Positions 19,201 through 34,600 of a stretch of DNA of 64,000 bases are shown here, one piece after another. The notes under the pieces were generated by a model that was given only the letters and a program-made list of their open reading frames with translations, did no database searches and was not told the origin of the DNA. A program made the position numbers and the translations under genes. Origin of the DNA: Ramazzottius varieornatus (lineage: Eukaryota; Animalia; Tardigrada). The DNA lies in NCBI GenBank assembly GCA_001949185.1, contig BDGG01000012.1:364973-428972 (forward strand). Reading direction: 5' to 3'. Within the stretch, counting starts at the first letter, position 1, and each line of letters begins with the position of its first letter.

Positions 19201-22200
19201 AGAAACTGTGTATTCAAGTTGGTGTTGGATAAGCCAAGTTTGTTCTGGCGATAACAACGGTGTAGCTTCACCTCTGGCATGTAGTGTACTGTCAGCAAGT
19301 TGGCTTGTTTATACATCTTCACTTCATTTAACCGGAAACTCGAGAGTGGTCTTGAGAAAAGCTAGAGGTGAATGCAGCGGTTGACTCTGTCTTTGATGCC
19401 AGGTTTGTGTCGCGTACCTTGTAAGAGAGGGTTCCTCGTTGACGATCCTCAATCAATAACGCGGTCGTGGTCGGTACTTTCAAGGCTGTTGCTGGCTTTT
19501 GCAACGAGTTGATGGAATGTCTGGGATCGCTGGTGTACGTGATTGAGGTCCCCGCGCCATCGCCATGCATGCCGACATGACATTGTATGCTGATGCGCGA
19601 ACTGAACTAGAAAGTGGGATGGTTTGCTGAGGGAACATGGGCCACAAACTGTCATTCGGATAATGGCATCATTTATATGCAGAACGCGGAGGAGGTCTTC
19701 CATTCTGACGTGCAGTTGACTGGCTTCGGAAAGTAGATGGAAAGTAGATCTGGTAGAAAGGGTCGCCAGTTATCAGAATCGTTCGAACGATATTAATGAA
19801 CGACCAGAAAGAACACAACTGTGTTGGCTTTAGTCATTGGCATGAGTCGAAGTACGAATACAAATTCCCCCTTCGAATTTGCTCAAGTGCACCTCTTAGA
19901 GAAGAATCTTCGATCTTGACACAACGGACGTAAGGGTGTTCAAAATGGCAGAAAACAATTTGAAATGCTTTTGACCTGGATTTTTTTACCGCCGTTTATC
20001 TTCTGAAGAGGCTTTTACGTGTTACGTATGAATGGATATTCTAAGGGAAAAAATTAGGTGAAGGGTTTTTTTGAATGGAAGGATGGCGAGAGCTTTTTGT
20101 GGTCGATCGTCCACTTGAGGTGTCTGGTAGAGCAGAACTAACTGGGACCAGGGTACATTTGATAGGGGAGATGTGCGGTATGGGGATCCTCCCATGTCGT
20201 TGTGTTTTGCAAGCAGCATAAAATTATCAACTGGCCATAATCGATAGTAAATGCATATGGAAGATCCCGCAGACATATGCCCCGATGTTAGAGTAGCTGC
20301 AGCTTGTCGCCCTTGATGATACTGCCACGTCCGTTTGCTCGAAGCCAGATGGAAACTTTATGGTGACTATAGGCTTCACTTTTGCCAGTGGGTATCTATC
20401 CGTGATCCGTCCTGTCCATGAATAAGGAATGGCGGGCAATCGACCGATGCCTCATGCAGGATGTGACGGAAGGAGTCTGCTCCCCTTCGGCCCCGATTAA
20501 TGAAAATATCCCTATGACGAATAGCGAATCAGCTTCGAATACTCTCACAGTAAAACTAGTCTATAAGGAGTTGAGAAGAATAATCCGACTACAATTAAAA
20601 TTCGTAATTTCCTAGAGTATTGTCATGGAAGATATTGCGCGACTGAACCGGGGAAGAATATTGTGTATGATTCCGAGTAACTCGGATCATTCTGGAAATC
20701 GGGATGTGTTTGCGAGTAATTCGAAGAGACTTGTTGTGTGGGGGGAAGGAGGCCTAGAAGGAAGAGGAAACCGAAACTGTTGAAATGGGGGCAAGGCTGG
20801 CTTTGAGTTAACGCCTCTTAATTCTGCAGGGAAATTTATAGGCTATGCAGTAACTTTTGTGAGCTGTGATGATGGGAGAATGGCGTAAAATGGCTTTACA
20901 GTTTCGGGATGGGAAGCTGGCCATGGTTAATGACTTTTCTTGCTCATCGCCTCAATCGTAATGCGAAGAAAAGCGGTCAAGCATAGACAGTGCCTTGAGT
21001 CTCACGGCATACGTCCAGGATCGGAATGCGAATCCATTAGGAAAAGAATTAACTTCAACTCTATCGCGGTCGTCCATTTTTCTTCGTTCGTTCAAGGCGA
21101 CTGCAAACGAGTGGTCGAAATATTTTGATAGAGCTGCTGTCAGACAGAATTTCGTCGTCAGCTGCAGGAAATACGTTTCCTGGTTGAAGGGAGTTATGAA
21201 GGGAAGGTTCTTCGTAGGGTAACCGTGGAGGATGAGCGGAGAGTGCTTCGCTGAGCTAGATTGATTTAGAGAAAAAAACCTGAAAGTCAATCATACATCT
21301 TTCGCTTGACTGAAGCCAAACAAATTGTCACTCGCTTCGGTGAGTTAACATCAACCGCGCAGCGTGATATGGCGTGGTACCATGCGACTTTTTTCATAAG
21401 AGAAGCTTATTCAACTTCCGCCATTACACTTTTGCGCAAATATGGAACGCCAGCTGGTGGTATATGCTGATTTTGCCTACCTCACCTTAGGTCTGTCATT
21501 ACCCGCTACGCTCTAAGTTATACTCTTTTGGCTTCACCGATCTCTTACCTGAAATCGTCTGCGCGAATGAAAGTGGGATCGTCCGCGCGATCTCGTTTGC
21601 GATATTTGGGACTTCGCTCACTTTTGTAATCCGGGAGGCCAGACCGAATAGGACTCTGCAGTTGAGTTTACGGACTTATGTGAAAAGCTCTTGGGCGTGT
21701 TGAAGGTAGCAGATGGTGCCGCCACAGTGTGGCAAGTAATTAACCTGCACGAGGAGCCAGTTCGTGACGCAGTGAGAGCTCCAGGGTGCTCTGCGCGACA
21801 CTTGTTACCGCTGTCATAACCAATGAGACAAGTGCATTGTATGGATTGTCAGGAATGAAAACACGCTGTCTGGGATTTTGCAGGCAAGCAATTCGTGGTT
21901 GTGAAACCGGTTGGAAGCAAAGTACCCACGGTCGTTGACTTCTTATTTTCCGCGAGGTACGGCACGATCTCCAGATAAGTGAGCTAATCCGTCAGGTTTT
22001 TCAGACTAGCTAATCGTGAAAGACCAATCAGTTCACTATCCATTTCATATGACGCGTTCTTCTTCCGGCCTAACGCGAACCTCGGAAACAACCCGGGAGA
22101 TTCTCCGCAATTCTGCTATCGATTTTTGGGTCCGCAGCTTGTGTGCATACAGATGGCAGCACTATATAGTGAAGATCAGACCCCTTCGGTTTCTGGCTGG

Positions 22201-22660
22201 ATTCTGTTGTTTGATTGAAGTGAGTTACTTTACCTGTTGTAAAGAAAATGGATGCAGGGCAGATTTCCATTTTGACAATTGAATAGTAATCAGAAACCAT
22301 CTGTTTGTCGAGCAGCGGTATTTGTCCTTGGTACAACGCGCTGTATTGATTAAAAACCCCAGCTGAGAATATGATACGGACAAACACAGGCCTCCTTAGG
22401 ATGTCCGGTCGATTTTCACCTCAAAGGTACACTCTTTATGAAGCTTACTCGGGCCTGTTTGGGGACCACGGGAATACCTTCGATCGATATGCTCTTTGTA
22501 CCTCTTATGTGCTCATCCAGGTATGCTCACCATCGTCTGTCCCCTTTTGCAGGTATCCATAACGTCTAGCGCGTGGATGAGCTGAGCATCCTTCCATCGA
22601 TCGAGGAGCTACATCCGGTGGAACTTTTCCCGACGTTCGGGTAGAGAGAAAGAGTCCATC

Positions 22661-25600
22661 ATGACGACGGACAGGACGACGGTCAGCCACTGGACCACCA
22701 GTGTGGGGGAACACGACGGACATGCCACCAATGGTGTGGGCACAAACGGCGGAACTACCACCATCACCACCAATGGAACCAATGGCGTTACTACGCACTA
22801 TACGACAACGACCACCACCACTACAAGCTACGGCACCGATGGGGAATACGACGACGGGGGACTGAGCTCGGCCAAGATCTTCGAACGGATACGAATTAAG
22901 GCACTTTCGGGTAAGCGTCATTTCCGGCTCTTTGACTAAAAACTACCTGATGGTAATCATAATAAATTCTTCGTCTGAATCTCGCTATAAGGCAGACAGT
23001 CTTGAGGTTCGACAGACAGCAGTTTCTTCCCGATGTTCAGCCAGATGAAGAGAAGGGCTCGTTTTGTGAGATGGAATTAATAGAAGTTCGGATATGATGG
23101 TTTGCTTGGCGGCCTAATTTTTGAGTGTCGACGGATGAGTCCCTGCGGAACAAGTGGTTGCGATGAGTTTGCAGATTAGCGTCAGATTGCGGCCTTTCTA
23201 GTCGAAAGAAAAGCAACTTCTGTCCGGGTAATGTTTGTACAGCCCTGCGGCTCGCTTAGAACATCTACTACCGTGTAGAACCTTCCGCGTTATGTCATTC
23301 ACGTGCATGCCGCAGAAGGCTACAGAGAACTATAAGATATGAGGACGCAGCCCTCAGTCGGGTACTTGAGGGTGGGAACTTGTACGACATGCTGATTAGA
23401 CGATTGTGAACGAATTCACTAGAGGAATTGAGTTTTGACAACAGTCAACTGAACAGAGGACCTTTAACATTTTGATCGAATTGCACAACCGAGAACTTGA
23501 GAGGAGACTTGCAACGACGGAAGATGAAGGTCCGATGTCCAATCGATTACTTTGGTATTGCAAGGCGCGTCCCGCAGTTCAAATCGAGAATGCAATGTTT
23601 CGGTGCGCCGAGTGAGCAGGGCTGACTGTAGAAAGGACGCCAGATTATGAAGATGGACTGCAGGAGACGAAACCGTGACCAAATGGACGCCTGAAGTTTA
23701 ATGTCTGTCGTCTTTCGATAACGACAGTAAGTTGTCGGGGAGATAAAATTCTTTTGGAGACATGCAGCGTGTGTTTAGGTGCTTGAGAGCCAACGAAGCC
23801 TATCCCCGATACCAGCACAACTGTAATCAAACTTTGCTCCTGATAGGAGGCAAGGACTGTTGCTTTCTCCATCTTTGTTGAGGGGACTGATAAGGCCGGG
23901 GCTGTGTTCATGTCGAGCCATCAAGCATTCATCATCCGGCATGCAAGCACACACCAGTACACATCCTGGCAGTTCTTGCATGGCTTCACGTTGTGACTGT
24001 GGATTCATGGACCTCTCGATCCAGCTTTGATGTGAGGAGTGCTCCCAAAAGATCAGCCCCAGCTCGATGACTGACTGGCATTAGGCAACAGGAAGATCGT
24101 TTGTGAGCCTTTTATGGCATCGTAGCCAGCTTTTCTTCTGCTTTGACTCTTATGCAATTGTCTGGATCCCATCTAACAATTTTTTCCTGATATCCCTGAG
24201 GACCAACTGAGGAAATTCTGTATGCCCAAACTATTTGCATTCGGAATATTTCGAGTTTTCTGGAATTTTTGTGTTATCGAATAACCTTCTTCCAGTTTCG
24301 AGGCCTTGGCGGTTCGGCCCCAGACTGTAAAATACATCAAAACCGAAAATGGTGGAGGTCGCACCCGCGGCTGGTGTCCATGACATGACCCGTGTGCAGG
24401 AAGCCGTGATGGATCGTATCGTCAAGAAGTACAAAGGTGCTCCAGCAGGAAGCTTCTAACACGGACTGATTGATTTTACAGTTGTTAATTCGTACGGAGG
24501 ATATGCTAATGTGTTGTTATGTTTCTGTTGCAGACGAGCGAGAGACCGTCCAGAAGAAGACCTTCACAAAATGGGTCAACTCCCACCTCATCAGAGTCGG
24601 TTGCCGCATTCACGACCTGTACACGGACTTACGCGATGGAAAGATGATTCTGAAGTTGCTGGAAGTTTTGTCGGGAGAACGATTGGTTAGTACAGAGTCT
24701 TGGCTTTTGTACATGCGGGTGGGAGAACCGCTGGATGGATATTAATGCACGGAATACTGAAATAGGCCTTTGAGACGGAATACGAGGAATCATCCCAGTG
24801 TTTACTTTTCGCGACGACACTTTTTTTATTACATTGCTAAGCGGGTAATTCAAAAAGTGGTTCTGGTCGTTTATGGCTGGCTTGTTTGAAGGAAATTTGT
24901 CTGGTCGTTTCTTGAGTGCACTTTTAATGAGACAAATAATCTTATCAGTAATGGCTCAATGCGTCTCTGCATCCACCCCATTCTGACTCACTTAGCCTCA
25001 CTGACCCCACCATCAAAACGATTATGACCTTTGGCTCTTCTTTTGCAGCCTCGTCCCACACGTGGAAAGATGCGAATCCATTGCTTGGAGAATGTGGACA
25101 AGGCGCTGCAGTTCCTCCGAGACCAACATGTCCACCTCGAGAACCTGGGCTCGCACGACATTGTCGATGGAAATCCGCGACTCACGCTGGGCCTCATTTG
25201 GACCATTATTCTTCGCTTCCAGGTAAGCATTGTTATATCCCAGCATTCATAGCCTTTAAAGTGTTGACCAAACAGACAGAGAAGCTTACCAGACAGAGTC
25301 CGTCTTTAATGTACTTGCATACTGTACATGGTGCCGTGGCTCCTCGTACGCAGGTACTTGCCGCACTGGTTCCGGGCGCCTGCATACATAGTGCTATGGT
25401 CAGGCCATGGTGTCTAGGTATGCAGGACATGTCGCACGGTTTATGCTGCTGGCGGCTGTTTGTGGAGCTAGTTTTTGAGGACGATTTATTTTATGACATG
25501 GTCATCTTCACTTCATAGATCCAAGATATCATCATCGAAGAAGTGGAAAGCAGAGAGACAAAATCCGCCAAGGACGCCCTGCTCCTATGGTGCCAGATGA

Positions 25601-28600
25601 AGACTGCCGGATATCCTAATGTCAACGTGCGAAACTTTACAACAAGCTGGCGTGATGGCTTGGCGTTCAACGCGCTCATCCATCGTCATCGTGAGGACCT
25701 CATCCAGTATGACAAGCTGAGCAAGAACCAAGCCATCTACAACCTCAACAATGCATTCAACGTGGCCGAACAGAAACTGGGTATCGCCAAACTTATCGAT
25801 GCCGAAGGTATGCTGTTTGTTAACTGTTAAGCAAAGATGACAAAGATCGGCGGGTTATCGACAGGTCCCTTGTTCTTATTCCAGACGTGGCTGTTGAGTA
25901 TCCAGACGAGAAATCCATCATCACCTATGTCGTCACCTACTATCACTACTTCAGCAAAATGCGCGCTGATACTGTTCACGGTCGTCGCATTGGCAAGGTA
26001 AACTGAGTTACGGCAAAAGGCTCGTATCGTCAAATATTTACACTGCAGCACACTGTGTAAATTGTTGAGGAACTCAAAAGTTTACCACCGAGCACGTAAA
26101 GTTTACTCTAATAATTCGAAGAGAATATTTTTTATTCCTGTTTTGGTCAGAATTTGTGACGTCAGCAGACCATTTCACCATATCATTGTCTCAACTGGCG
26201 GATGTCCATTGTTATTGACGAGCAGCGTGCGCCACTTTGAAAAGCAACCCTGTCGAGTTTTCAAGTGGCGCACGTTTTCAGCGTCTTAACCAGTATTGTG
26301 CGCCATTTGTCATTTGTTGAGCTCCTATTTCTCAATTTAATTATGAATTTCGTTTTTGCAGATTGTGGATGTGGCCCGAGAAGCTGACAAGGACGCATAT
26401 ACTTACGAGCGTCTAACCACCGACTTGTTGCAATGGATTCGCAAGACGATCGAGTCGCTGAACGATCGCCACTTTGCAAACTCCCTACCGGGTGTGCAGC
26501 AGCAGCTAGGGCAGTTCAATACATATCGCACCGTGGAGAAGCCGCCCAAGTTTGTGGAGAAGGGCAACTTGGAAATGACACTTTTTGCCATTCAAAGCAA
26601 GTTGCGTGCCCATGACTTGCGTGCTTACATCCCCCCGCAAGCCAAGTCCATTGCCGACATCAACAATGCCTGGGAGGCACTAGAACGGGCTGAACACGAG
26701 AGGGAATTGGCGTTGCGTGAGGAACTTATCAGGTCAGGCACTCAGACTGGGTCTTTTAACGAGACAGTTGTTGAATGATTGATGTTTTTCAAATGTACGA
26801 TTATTGCGGCCTGTTTCTTTCACCATCTTATTGTCATTAGGACGACGTCAAGATAGATCGATACAAATTTCATCCACCTGCATATTTCACGTGCCATGTT
26901 TTGAACAGTGAACCGGTATGCAGGTAGATGATTGCAGTATCCAGGAACTTGACGCATGCCTGATTCGCTCCAACGGACATTAGGTCGACCAGTTTCGTAG
27001 GTTGATTGCTGTGTGGACTTGAAAGTAACTCTCTTCTGTGTTCTCAGGCAAGAGAAGCTGGAACAACTTGCCGCGCGATTCGATCGCAAAGCCGGCATGC
27101 GTGAGACATGGCTGAGTGAGAACCAGCGCCTGGTTGCCCAGGATAATTTCGGGACGGATCTGGGATCGGTCGATGCCGCCAGCAAGAAGCATGAAGCTAT
27201 TGAGACGGACATTTTTGCATATGAAGAACGTGTGCAAGCCGTCATCTCGGTGGCGGAAGAACTGGAGCAAGAAAATTACCATGATATTCAGCGTATCAAT
27301 ACACGGTAAATTAAACCCTTATCCACTCCATTAAGAGTTAGCCTGATTATTTAAGTGCGCTCCTCTCCAACTGAAAGACCACGTGGCGTTTCCGAAGTTG
27401 CACGAAACTTTTTGTAGGAAATCGATAGTGTATTTCCGTGATCGTTTAAGTTCTCTTACTTCATCGCGGTGTAGAAATTCCTAAATCGTGGAGTTGCCTG
27501 GACCTGCATATCACATACCGCGTTGTATGTTATGGCACACTGTATTCAGGTTCATGAAGGATAGGTGTGATCCGCTAAATTATCGCTAGTCAGTTCGTGG
27601 TTCTTGATTGTGTTGTGTTTGTAGGAAGGACAACGTTCTTCGGTTATGGAACTACCTTTTGGAGCTCCTCCGTGCTCGACGTCAACGCCTGGATGTCTCT
27701 TTGGAGATGCACAAGACCTTCCTGGAAATGCTACAGGTGGCGCAGTCGATGGAAGAGCTGAAGACCCGGTTGGTCTCTGACGACTACGGACGGCACTTAC
27801 TGGACGTGGAGGAACTGGTACAGAAGCACTTGATGCTGGATAACGACATTGCTGTCATCGGTGATCGTGTCAAGGCGGTGAACAACACGGCCAGACGCTT
27901 CGTCGACGACGAAGGCATTGGTATGCCAGCCGAGATACGCGAGTTGTTAGTTCGTTGAATTAGCCACTTTCTTCCTTCTAGGTTTCCACCCTGTCGATCC
28001 ACAGGTCGTCGTGGATCGTATGCAGAATTTGGAAGACATGTATACGGATTTGGTCGAGCTGTCGCAAGAACGCAAAGACCGTCTGGAGGACTCCCGCAAG
28101 TTGTGGCAGTTCTTCTCGGATATTGCAGAAGAGGAAGCTTGGATCAAGGAGAAGGAACAGATGCTGTCGTCTGCTGATATTGGTCGCGACTTGACCTCCA
28201 TCAACCTTCTGCTGACCAAACAACGCGTAAGACATGCCAGTTGTTTCGTGACGTATAATCGTTATCGATCGCTGTTCTTCTGCGTTTTTCCATTATGTAT
28301 GATCAATGACTTGTTCATTGGGGTTTGCTTGTCGTGTTATAGTTGATGGAAGACGAGCTGAATGCTCGCAAGGCGCATTTGCTGGATGTGATTAAGAATG
28401 GCGAGGACTTGGTTAACGAGGGACATTTCGGCTCAGAGCAGATTCAGGCTCGTATCAATGACGTCAACGATCGCTGGGAGCACTTGATGGAACTGTCGGC
28501 CTACCGCAAGAAGCGCTTGCTCGAAGCTGTGGACTACCACCAGTTCTTCGCGGATGCCGACGATACCGACACATGGATGCTGGATACTCTCCGCCTGGTC

Positions 28601-31600
28601 TCCAGTGACGACATTGGCCGGGATGAAGGCCATGTGCAGTCGCTGTTGAGAAAGCACCAGGAAGTGTATGAGAACTTGCAGCGATATGAACCGACTATCA
28701 AGAGTCTACAAGAACAGGCCAATAGCCTGGGTGATCAAGATAGGAACTCACCTGAAGTGAGGGACAGGCTGAATAACATCTCGCATCGCTATGACGAGCT
28801 GTTGAGGTTGGCTGAAGTCAGGAAGCAGCGCCTCCTGGACGCTCTGGAGTTCTACAAGCTCTTGACGGATATTGATGCAACTGAACAGTTGATCAATGAG
28901 AAGGATCGCATGTTGGCCACTATGGGACCCACGCAAGATATGGAAGAAGTGGAAGTCATGAAGCACCGCTTCGGCAGCTTGGAGAACGAGATGGGCATGA
29001 TCAACGACCGTGTAAAGGTACGTGGAAAAAGCATCGTACTGCCGATCACATTTAGGCGGCTGGTCGACCACCGCCATATGCTCTGCAGGCACCTGCATAC
29101 ATTTGGACTGTTCATTTAGTCTGAATGACGGTATCTAGGTGCCCGAGTGAACGTCGGCAGCAGGAACCTACATACATTTTTTTGTTCTTTTATAAAATTA
29201 GCCGGTATGCAGGCGCTTGTGACGTTTGGCGAGACTGTCTACTGGTCATCCTGGTTCAGGAATCGTTGTTAGACTCTCATTGCTTTTGTTTTCAGAACAT
29301 CAACGACGTATCCGAGAGACTCCTCAGCGTTCAACATCCCGATGCGCGTGAAATTCATAGTCGTCGCAACCGTCTCAACCTGGCTTGGAACAAGTTGGTT
29401 GACAACGTCAACGACAAACGCGACGAGCTGGAGAAGAGCCGCGGCTATCAGACCTTCCGCATCGAATGTCAAGAAACCACTCGATGGATCGAGGAGAAGA
29501 TCCGCATTATCGAAGACGCCGAAGACATCGAGAACGATCTCAGCGGCCTGATCAAACTGCAACGCCGTCTCAGCTTCATCGAGCGCGACATGGGACCCAT
29601 TCGGGCCAAGATGGACTCTATGCTGGAGGAAGCTACCAAGATCGAACGAGAACGACCCGAAGAGGCTGCTGCTATCCGCGAGAAGGTGGCTATCCTGCAG
29701 TCACAGTGGCAGAGACTGAACCAGTTGATGGGCGAACAGGACCAGAAGTTGGGCGAAGTCGGCGAACTTCAGCACTTCCTCCGCGACTTGGATGTCTTCC
29801 AATCATGGCTCACACGCACTCAGGTATAAAATGTTTTGTGTCATGTTTTGAAATTAAGAGACTAAACATTCTCGTCGATTAGATAATCCTCAGAATATTT
29901 ATGAGAACTGCTCTCAGAATATTGCGTCGATTTATCGGGGAAATACGTAACGATAGCGCCTAGCGCCTCCATGAGCTGGCGCACTGAAATAACGCACCGC
30001 ACTTTCTTTTACAGGTGACCATTGCCTCGCAAGAACTTCCTGAAGATTTGGCTGAGACTGAGCGCTTGTTAAACACTCACAAGCAGTTGAAGGAAGAGAT
30101 CGAGAACTACAGAGCTGACTTTGACAAGCTGATGGAGACGGGTCAGACGGTGACGCGCGACCAGCAGGATCCACAGTACATTCTTCTGCGCGAGCGTCTG
30201 AAGGGCTTGCGCGAAGGATGGGAAGAGCTGGGCCGCATGTGGGAGAATCGCCAGCAACTCTTGGCGCAGAGTTTAAGCTATCAAGTTTTCTTGCGTGATG
30301 CCAGGCAATGCGAAGTGCTGCTCGGTCAACAAGAAAACTTCTTGGCCCGCGATGAAACACCGGTAAGCAGAACTAACGTGGACACTTCAAGCTTAGGTAT
30401 TATTCGAAATAGATGCTAATTTTTTGATGTAGAGAAACCTGGAGGATGCAGAAAATATGCTTAAGCGCCACGATGACTTCTTGACTTCTCTGGAAGTCAA
30501 CCAAGACAAGGTCCAGCAAGTCATCGGTCAATCCGAGCGTCTCACAAGCGAGGGTAACTACGCCGCTGACAAGATCTTCCGCAAAGCCGAGAACATTCTT
30601 GAGCGCTACAACGCTAACCGCGAACGCGCCAACTCCATCGGCCAGAAGCTCCGAGATGCCCGACAGCTTCAACAGTACCTTCGTGACGTCGAAGAACACC
30701 TCGAGTTCATCAATAACAAGAGGATCCAAGTCGAAGACGAGAACTACCGAAGTGCCAAAACAGCTCATCAGAAATGGACTCGCCACCAAGCTTTCGAAGC
30801 TGAGATCGCCGCTAACCGAGCTCGCATGGACGAACTGAGAGCTGAGGGAGAAGCTTTGATGCGGGAAAAGCCACAGTTCACGCCTGAAATTCGGCGGTAA
30901 GTCAATGCGGAATGACATTTAGCTTTCAAGAACCTGCATACACGAAGTGTTATAGCGTGTGCGTTATACGCGTATGTTGGTACGTGACGTTCACGTACCC
31001 GTATACGATTGTCGTACACTTTGCATGGTAGATTGGAACGTAGGTGTCTGAGTTGTTCTCTGACCGTATTTTCTACTCACTTGTTTCATCTAAACGGTTT
31101 CTTTTCTAGGTCGTTGGATGAAATGAATACCCGCTGGCAAGACTTGGAAGACATTACACGCGGTAAGGGTGAGCGTCTCTTCGATGCCAACCGACAGGCT
31201 ATCTACGAACAGACTTGCGACGATGTTGATAACTGGGTGACTGAGTTGGAGACCCAGATTCTGACGACCGAGACTGGCCAGGACTTGACCACCGTCAACA
31301 TCCTGATGCAGAAGCAGCAAGTTTTGGAGAACCAGCTGCAACTTCGAGCAGCTCAAGTCAGCGAGCTCGAGCGACACGAAAGCAAGCTGGAAGAGATCGT
31401 GCCGGAAAAGACGGAGGAACTGAAACAACGTCGCCACGAAGTCGAAGAAAGGTACAGTACGAATAAAATCAATAAAGCCTGAATGAATCAAGAATATTTT
31501 ATGTAATGCATTTTCGCAGATTTCGTCGATTGCAACGACCGATCGAAGAACGTCGACGAGAACTCGAGAAGAAGAAGGAAGCCTTCCAGTTCCTTCGCGA

Positions 31601-34600
31601 TATCGATGACGAGAAGTTCTACATCCAACAGAAGATGACGCAAGCCACTAGTCCGAACGTCGGTAACAACCTGTTCGAAGTCCTGCGAATGAAGAAGCAG
31701 AACAACAACCTCCGACATGAAGTCGAAAACCACGAGCCGCGCATTCGAGCTATCCAAGATGTCGGCCAGCGCCTGATCGACGACCGGCATGCCGACAGTG
31801 ATCGTTTCCGTGAGCTCCTGGACGACCTGCTCGCCCGATGGAACGACTTGAAGGACGCCATCGAGGATCGCGACAAACGTTTGGATCTATCCGAGAAGGC
31901 TCAGCAGTACTTCTCGGACGCAAATGAAGCGGAGACCTGGATGAGCGAGCAAGAACTGTACTTGCTCAGTGATGAACGACCAAAGGATGAGTCCATCGCA
32001 CAAGCCAACGCGAGAAAGCAGGAAGCTACGGAACAAGCCGTGACGGACTATCAAGAAACCATCCGCCAACTCAGCGAGCAAGCTGACAGGTACATTCATC
32101 AAATTTCGGGAAAGCGTAGAAAAATGTCCAACAAATTATTTGTGAGAAACGTACAAAACCATTGTTTTAAGTGACGCACGCTACCAGCCAATGGCACTGG
32201 AAACGTGCTCCACTTGAGATGACAGTATTGTACACCTAAATGTGGCAGAAAGGTCAAGGGCATAGTTCTGTTCATGGGAGTTTTCTTGCAGGTTGGTTCG
32301 TGAAGGTAACCCGTTTGCCAATCAAGTCCGAAGCCGGCAGACGCAGATCGAGCGGACTTACGCCGGTCTCAAAGATCTCTCCACCGAAAGCCGCACCCGC
32401 GGAGCGGACACCATGCGCCTCTTCCTCCTCCAAAGAGATATCGATGATCTCGAGCGGTGGATCGCGGAGAAAGAAGTCGTGGCTAACAGTCACGAGCTCG
32501 GTACCGACTTCGACCACGTTACCATTCTCCGTGAGCGCTTCGATCGATTTTGCGAAGAGACGGAAGCTGTCGGTGTGGAGCGCGTCAGGCAGGCCAACGA
32601 AGACGCTAACAGCCTCATACGGGCTGGTCATTCCGATGCTCCTCTCATCGCCCAATGGAAGGACAGGATCAATGAAGCTTGGGAGAACCTGAGGTCAGTA
32701 TGATGGCGACGTAAGATGCGTGAAGTTGAAGTCCGGAGGAAGGCTGTATCCGGCACGAACCTGACTGGAATGGTTCAGGGCCGTGCCGGGCACTAACCTG
32801 AGTGAAACAGCCCTTGAAAAAACGCAAAATCAATCACACTGTTCTTATTTTGTTTGTAAAGGGAGCTGATGGAGACGAGGAAGCAACTCCTGACTGCCTC
32901 CTACGAACTACACAAGTTCTTCTGGGATTGCAAAGACCTCCTCAGCCGTATTCACGAGAAGATGAACACGGTGTCTGATGACCTGGGAAGAGACTCTGGC
33001 TCCATTTCTGCTCAACAACGCAAGCATGCTACCTTTATACAAGACTTAGTCCCGCTTGGACAGCAGGTCGAAGGTATTCAGGAACGATCGACCAAGCTGT
33101 TGAACGCCTATGCCGGTGACCGTGCGAGAGAGATCCAAGTGCGAGAAGCGGAAGTCATCAACGCCTGGAGACAACTGCAGCAGATGGTGGACCTGCGCCG
33201 AAGCAAACTTTCCGATACCGGCGACCTCTTCCGGTAAGTTTGATGTGTGGATAAAGCTTGTGAATCAAGTCTTACTATGCTGATCTTGTTTCAGGTTCTT
33301 CAACATGGTCCGCGACCTGATGTTGTGGATGGACGATGTCAACCGTCAGATGAACACGTCAGAGCGAGCGCGCGATGTGTCCGGTGTTGAGCTGTTGATG
33401 AACAATCACCAAAGTCTTCGTGCTGAGATCGATGCACGAGACAGTAGCTTCGCCGAATGCATTGAGCTTGGCAAGGATCTCTTGGCTCGCAATCACTACG
33501 CCAGCCCCGAAATCAAGGACAAGCTTCAAGGTCTGGTCAACTCGCGCGGCGGTATGATGACTCGTTGGGACGAACGATGGGAGCATCTACAGCTCAGTAA
33601 GTTTCTTTCTTCCACTTCGGGATATAGTACGTTTCTCTGATACATGATTCTCCTTGTAGTTTTGGAAGTCTACCAGTTTGCTCGTGATGCCGCAGTGGCT
33701 GAAGCGTGGCTGGTTGCGCAAGAGCCTTATCTGTTCAGTCAGGAACTTGGGGTCAGTTTGTGATTTGTAACGCCGGTGGAAGAATTCACCCAGATCGTTT
33801 TCCCAAGTGGCGTGCGCTCTCAGATAATAGCAATGAATAGGTGCGCCACTTGAAACGGCGATCCCGGTGAAGTCATTTACCAAACTCGTGAAATGTGATT
33901 TCGTTTGACAGATGTCCGTGCAAGAAGTGGAGCGCCTCATAAAGAAACACGAGTCGTTCGAAAAGTCGGCCCTTGCTCAAGATGAGCGCTTCCAAGCCCT
34001 GAAACGTCTGACCACGGTAAGCCAGTGTTTATCCATTTTACATGGATATGGTTATCTGTTCCCCGTTGAACTGTAATTTTAATCGACTGCTTACTACGTG
34101 TAGCTGGAGCTCAAAGCCATGTCACAACGCCGAACAGCCGATGATGAACGTCGCCGCTCGGAACAACGCCGTCTGGAGCAGCAGACGGGTCGTGGTGGAG
34201 CTGGAGGCGCAGGAGGTGTTGGAGGTGCTGGCGGGTTAGTTGAATCTCCAGCTCAGTCGGGGTTCACAGATGCTGTGATGTTCATTCTTTTGCAGCTATG
34301 GAGCAGGAGGACATGCAGGCAGCCCTGGAACTCCCGGTGGTCGAATTGTCGGTGTTACCGAAGTCGAAGGACCATCCACTCCTGAACGAGGTACGGTAGA
34401 GCCTTTGGGCTAATTGCACTCTCAGCGAAGAATTGTAGGGGTACCAACTTGTGACAGCAATAAGACAACATTTGCCTGCTGTATATAGTTCGCCTCACTC
34501 CCGGTATGTCACCCAGCACCAGTCGCGGAGTCGCCGGTTCACCTGGTTCTCCGGGCCAAGCCGCAACTTTGCCATCTGGGACCGACGAAGGCATGGCCAT

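Noticed and set aside
17307-22550. Short ORFs upstream of the spectrin ATG
   Set aside because: No protein motifs; best explained as 5'-UTR exons (donors near 17611 and 22521) and a long first intron.
24988-33940. Many antisense and alternate-frame ORFs over spectrin and other genes
   Set aside because: They are shadows of codon-biased coding exons, with no independent motifs or splice structure.
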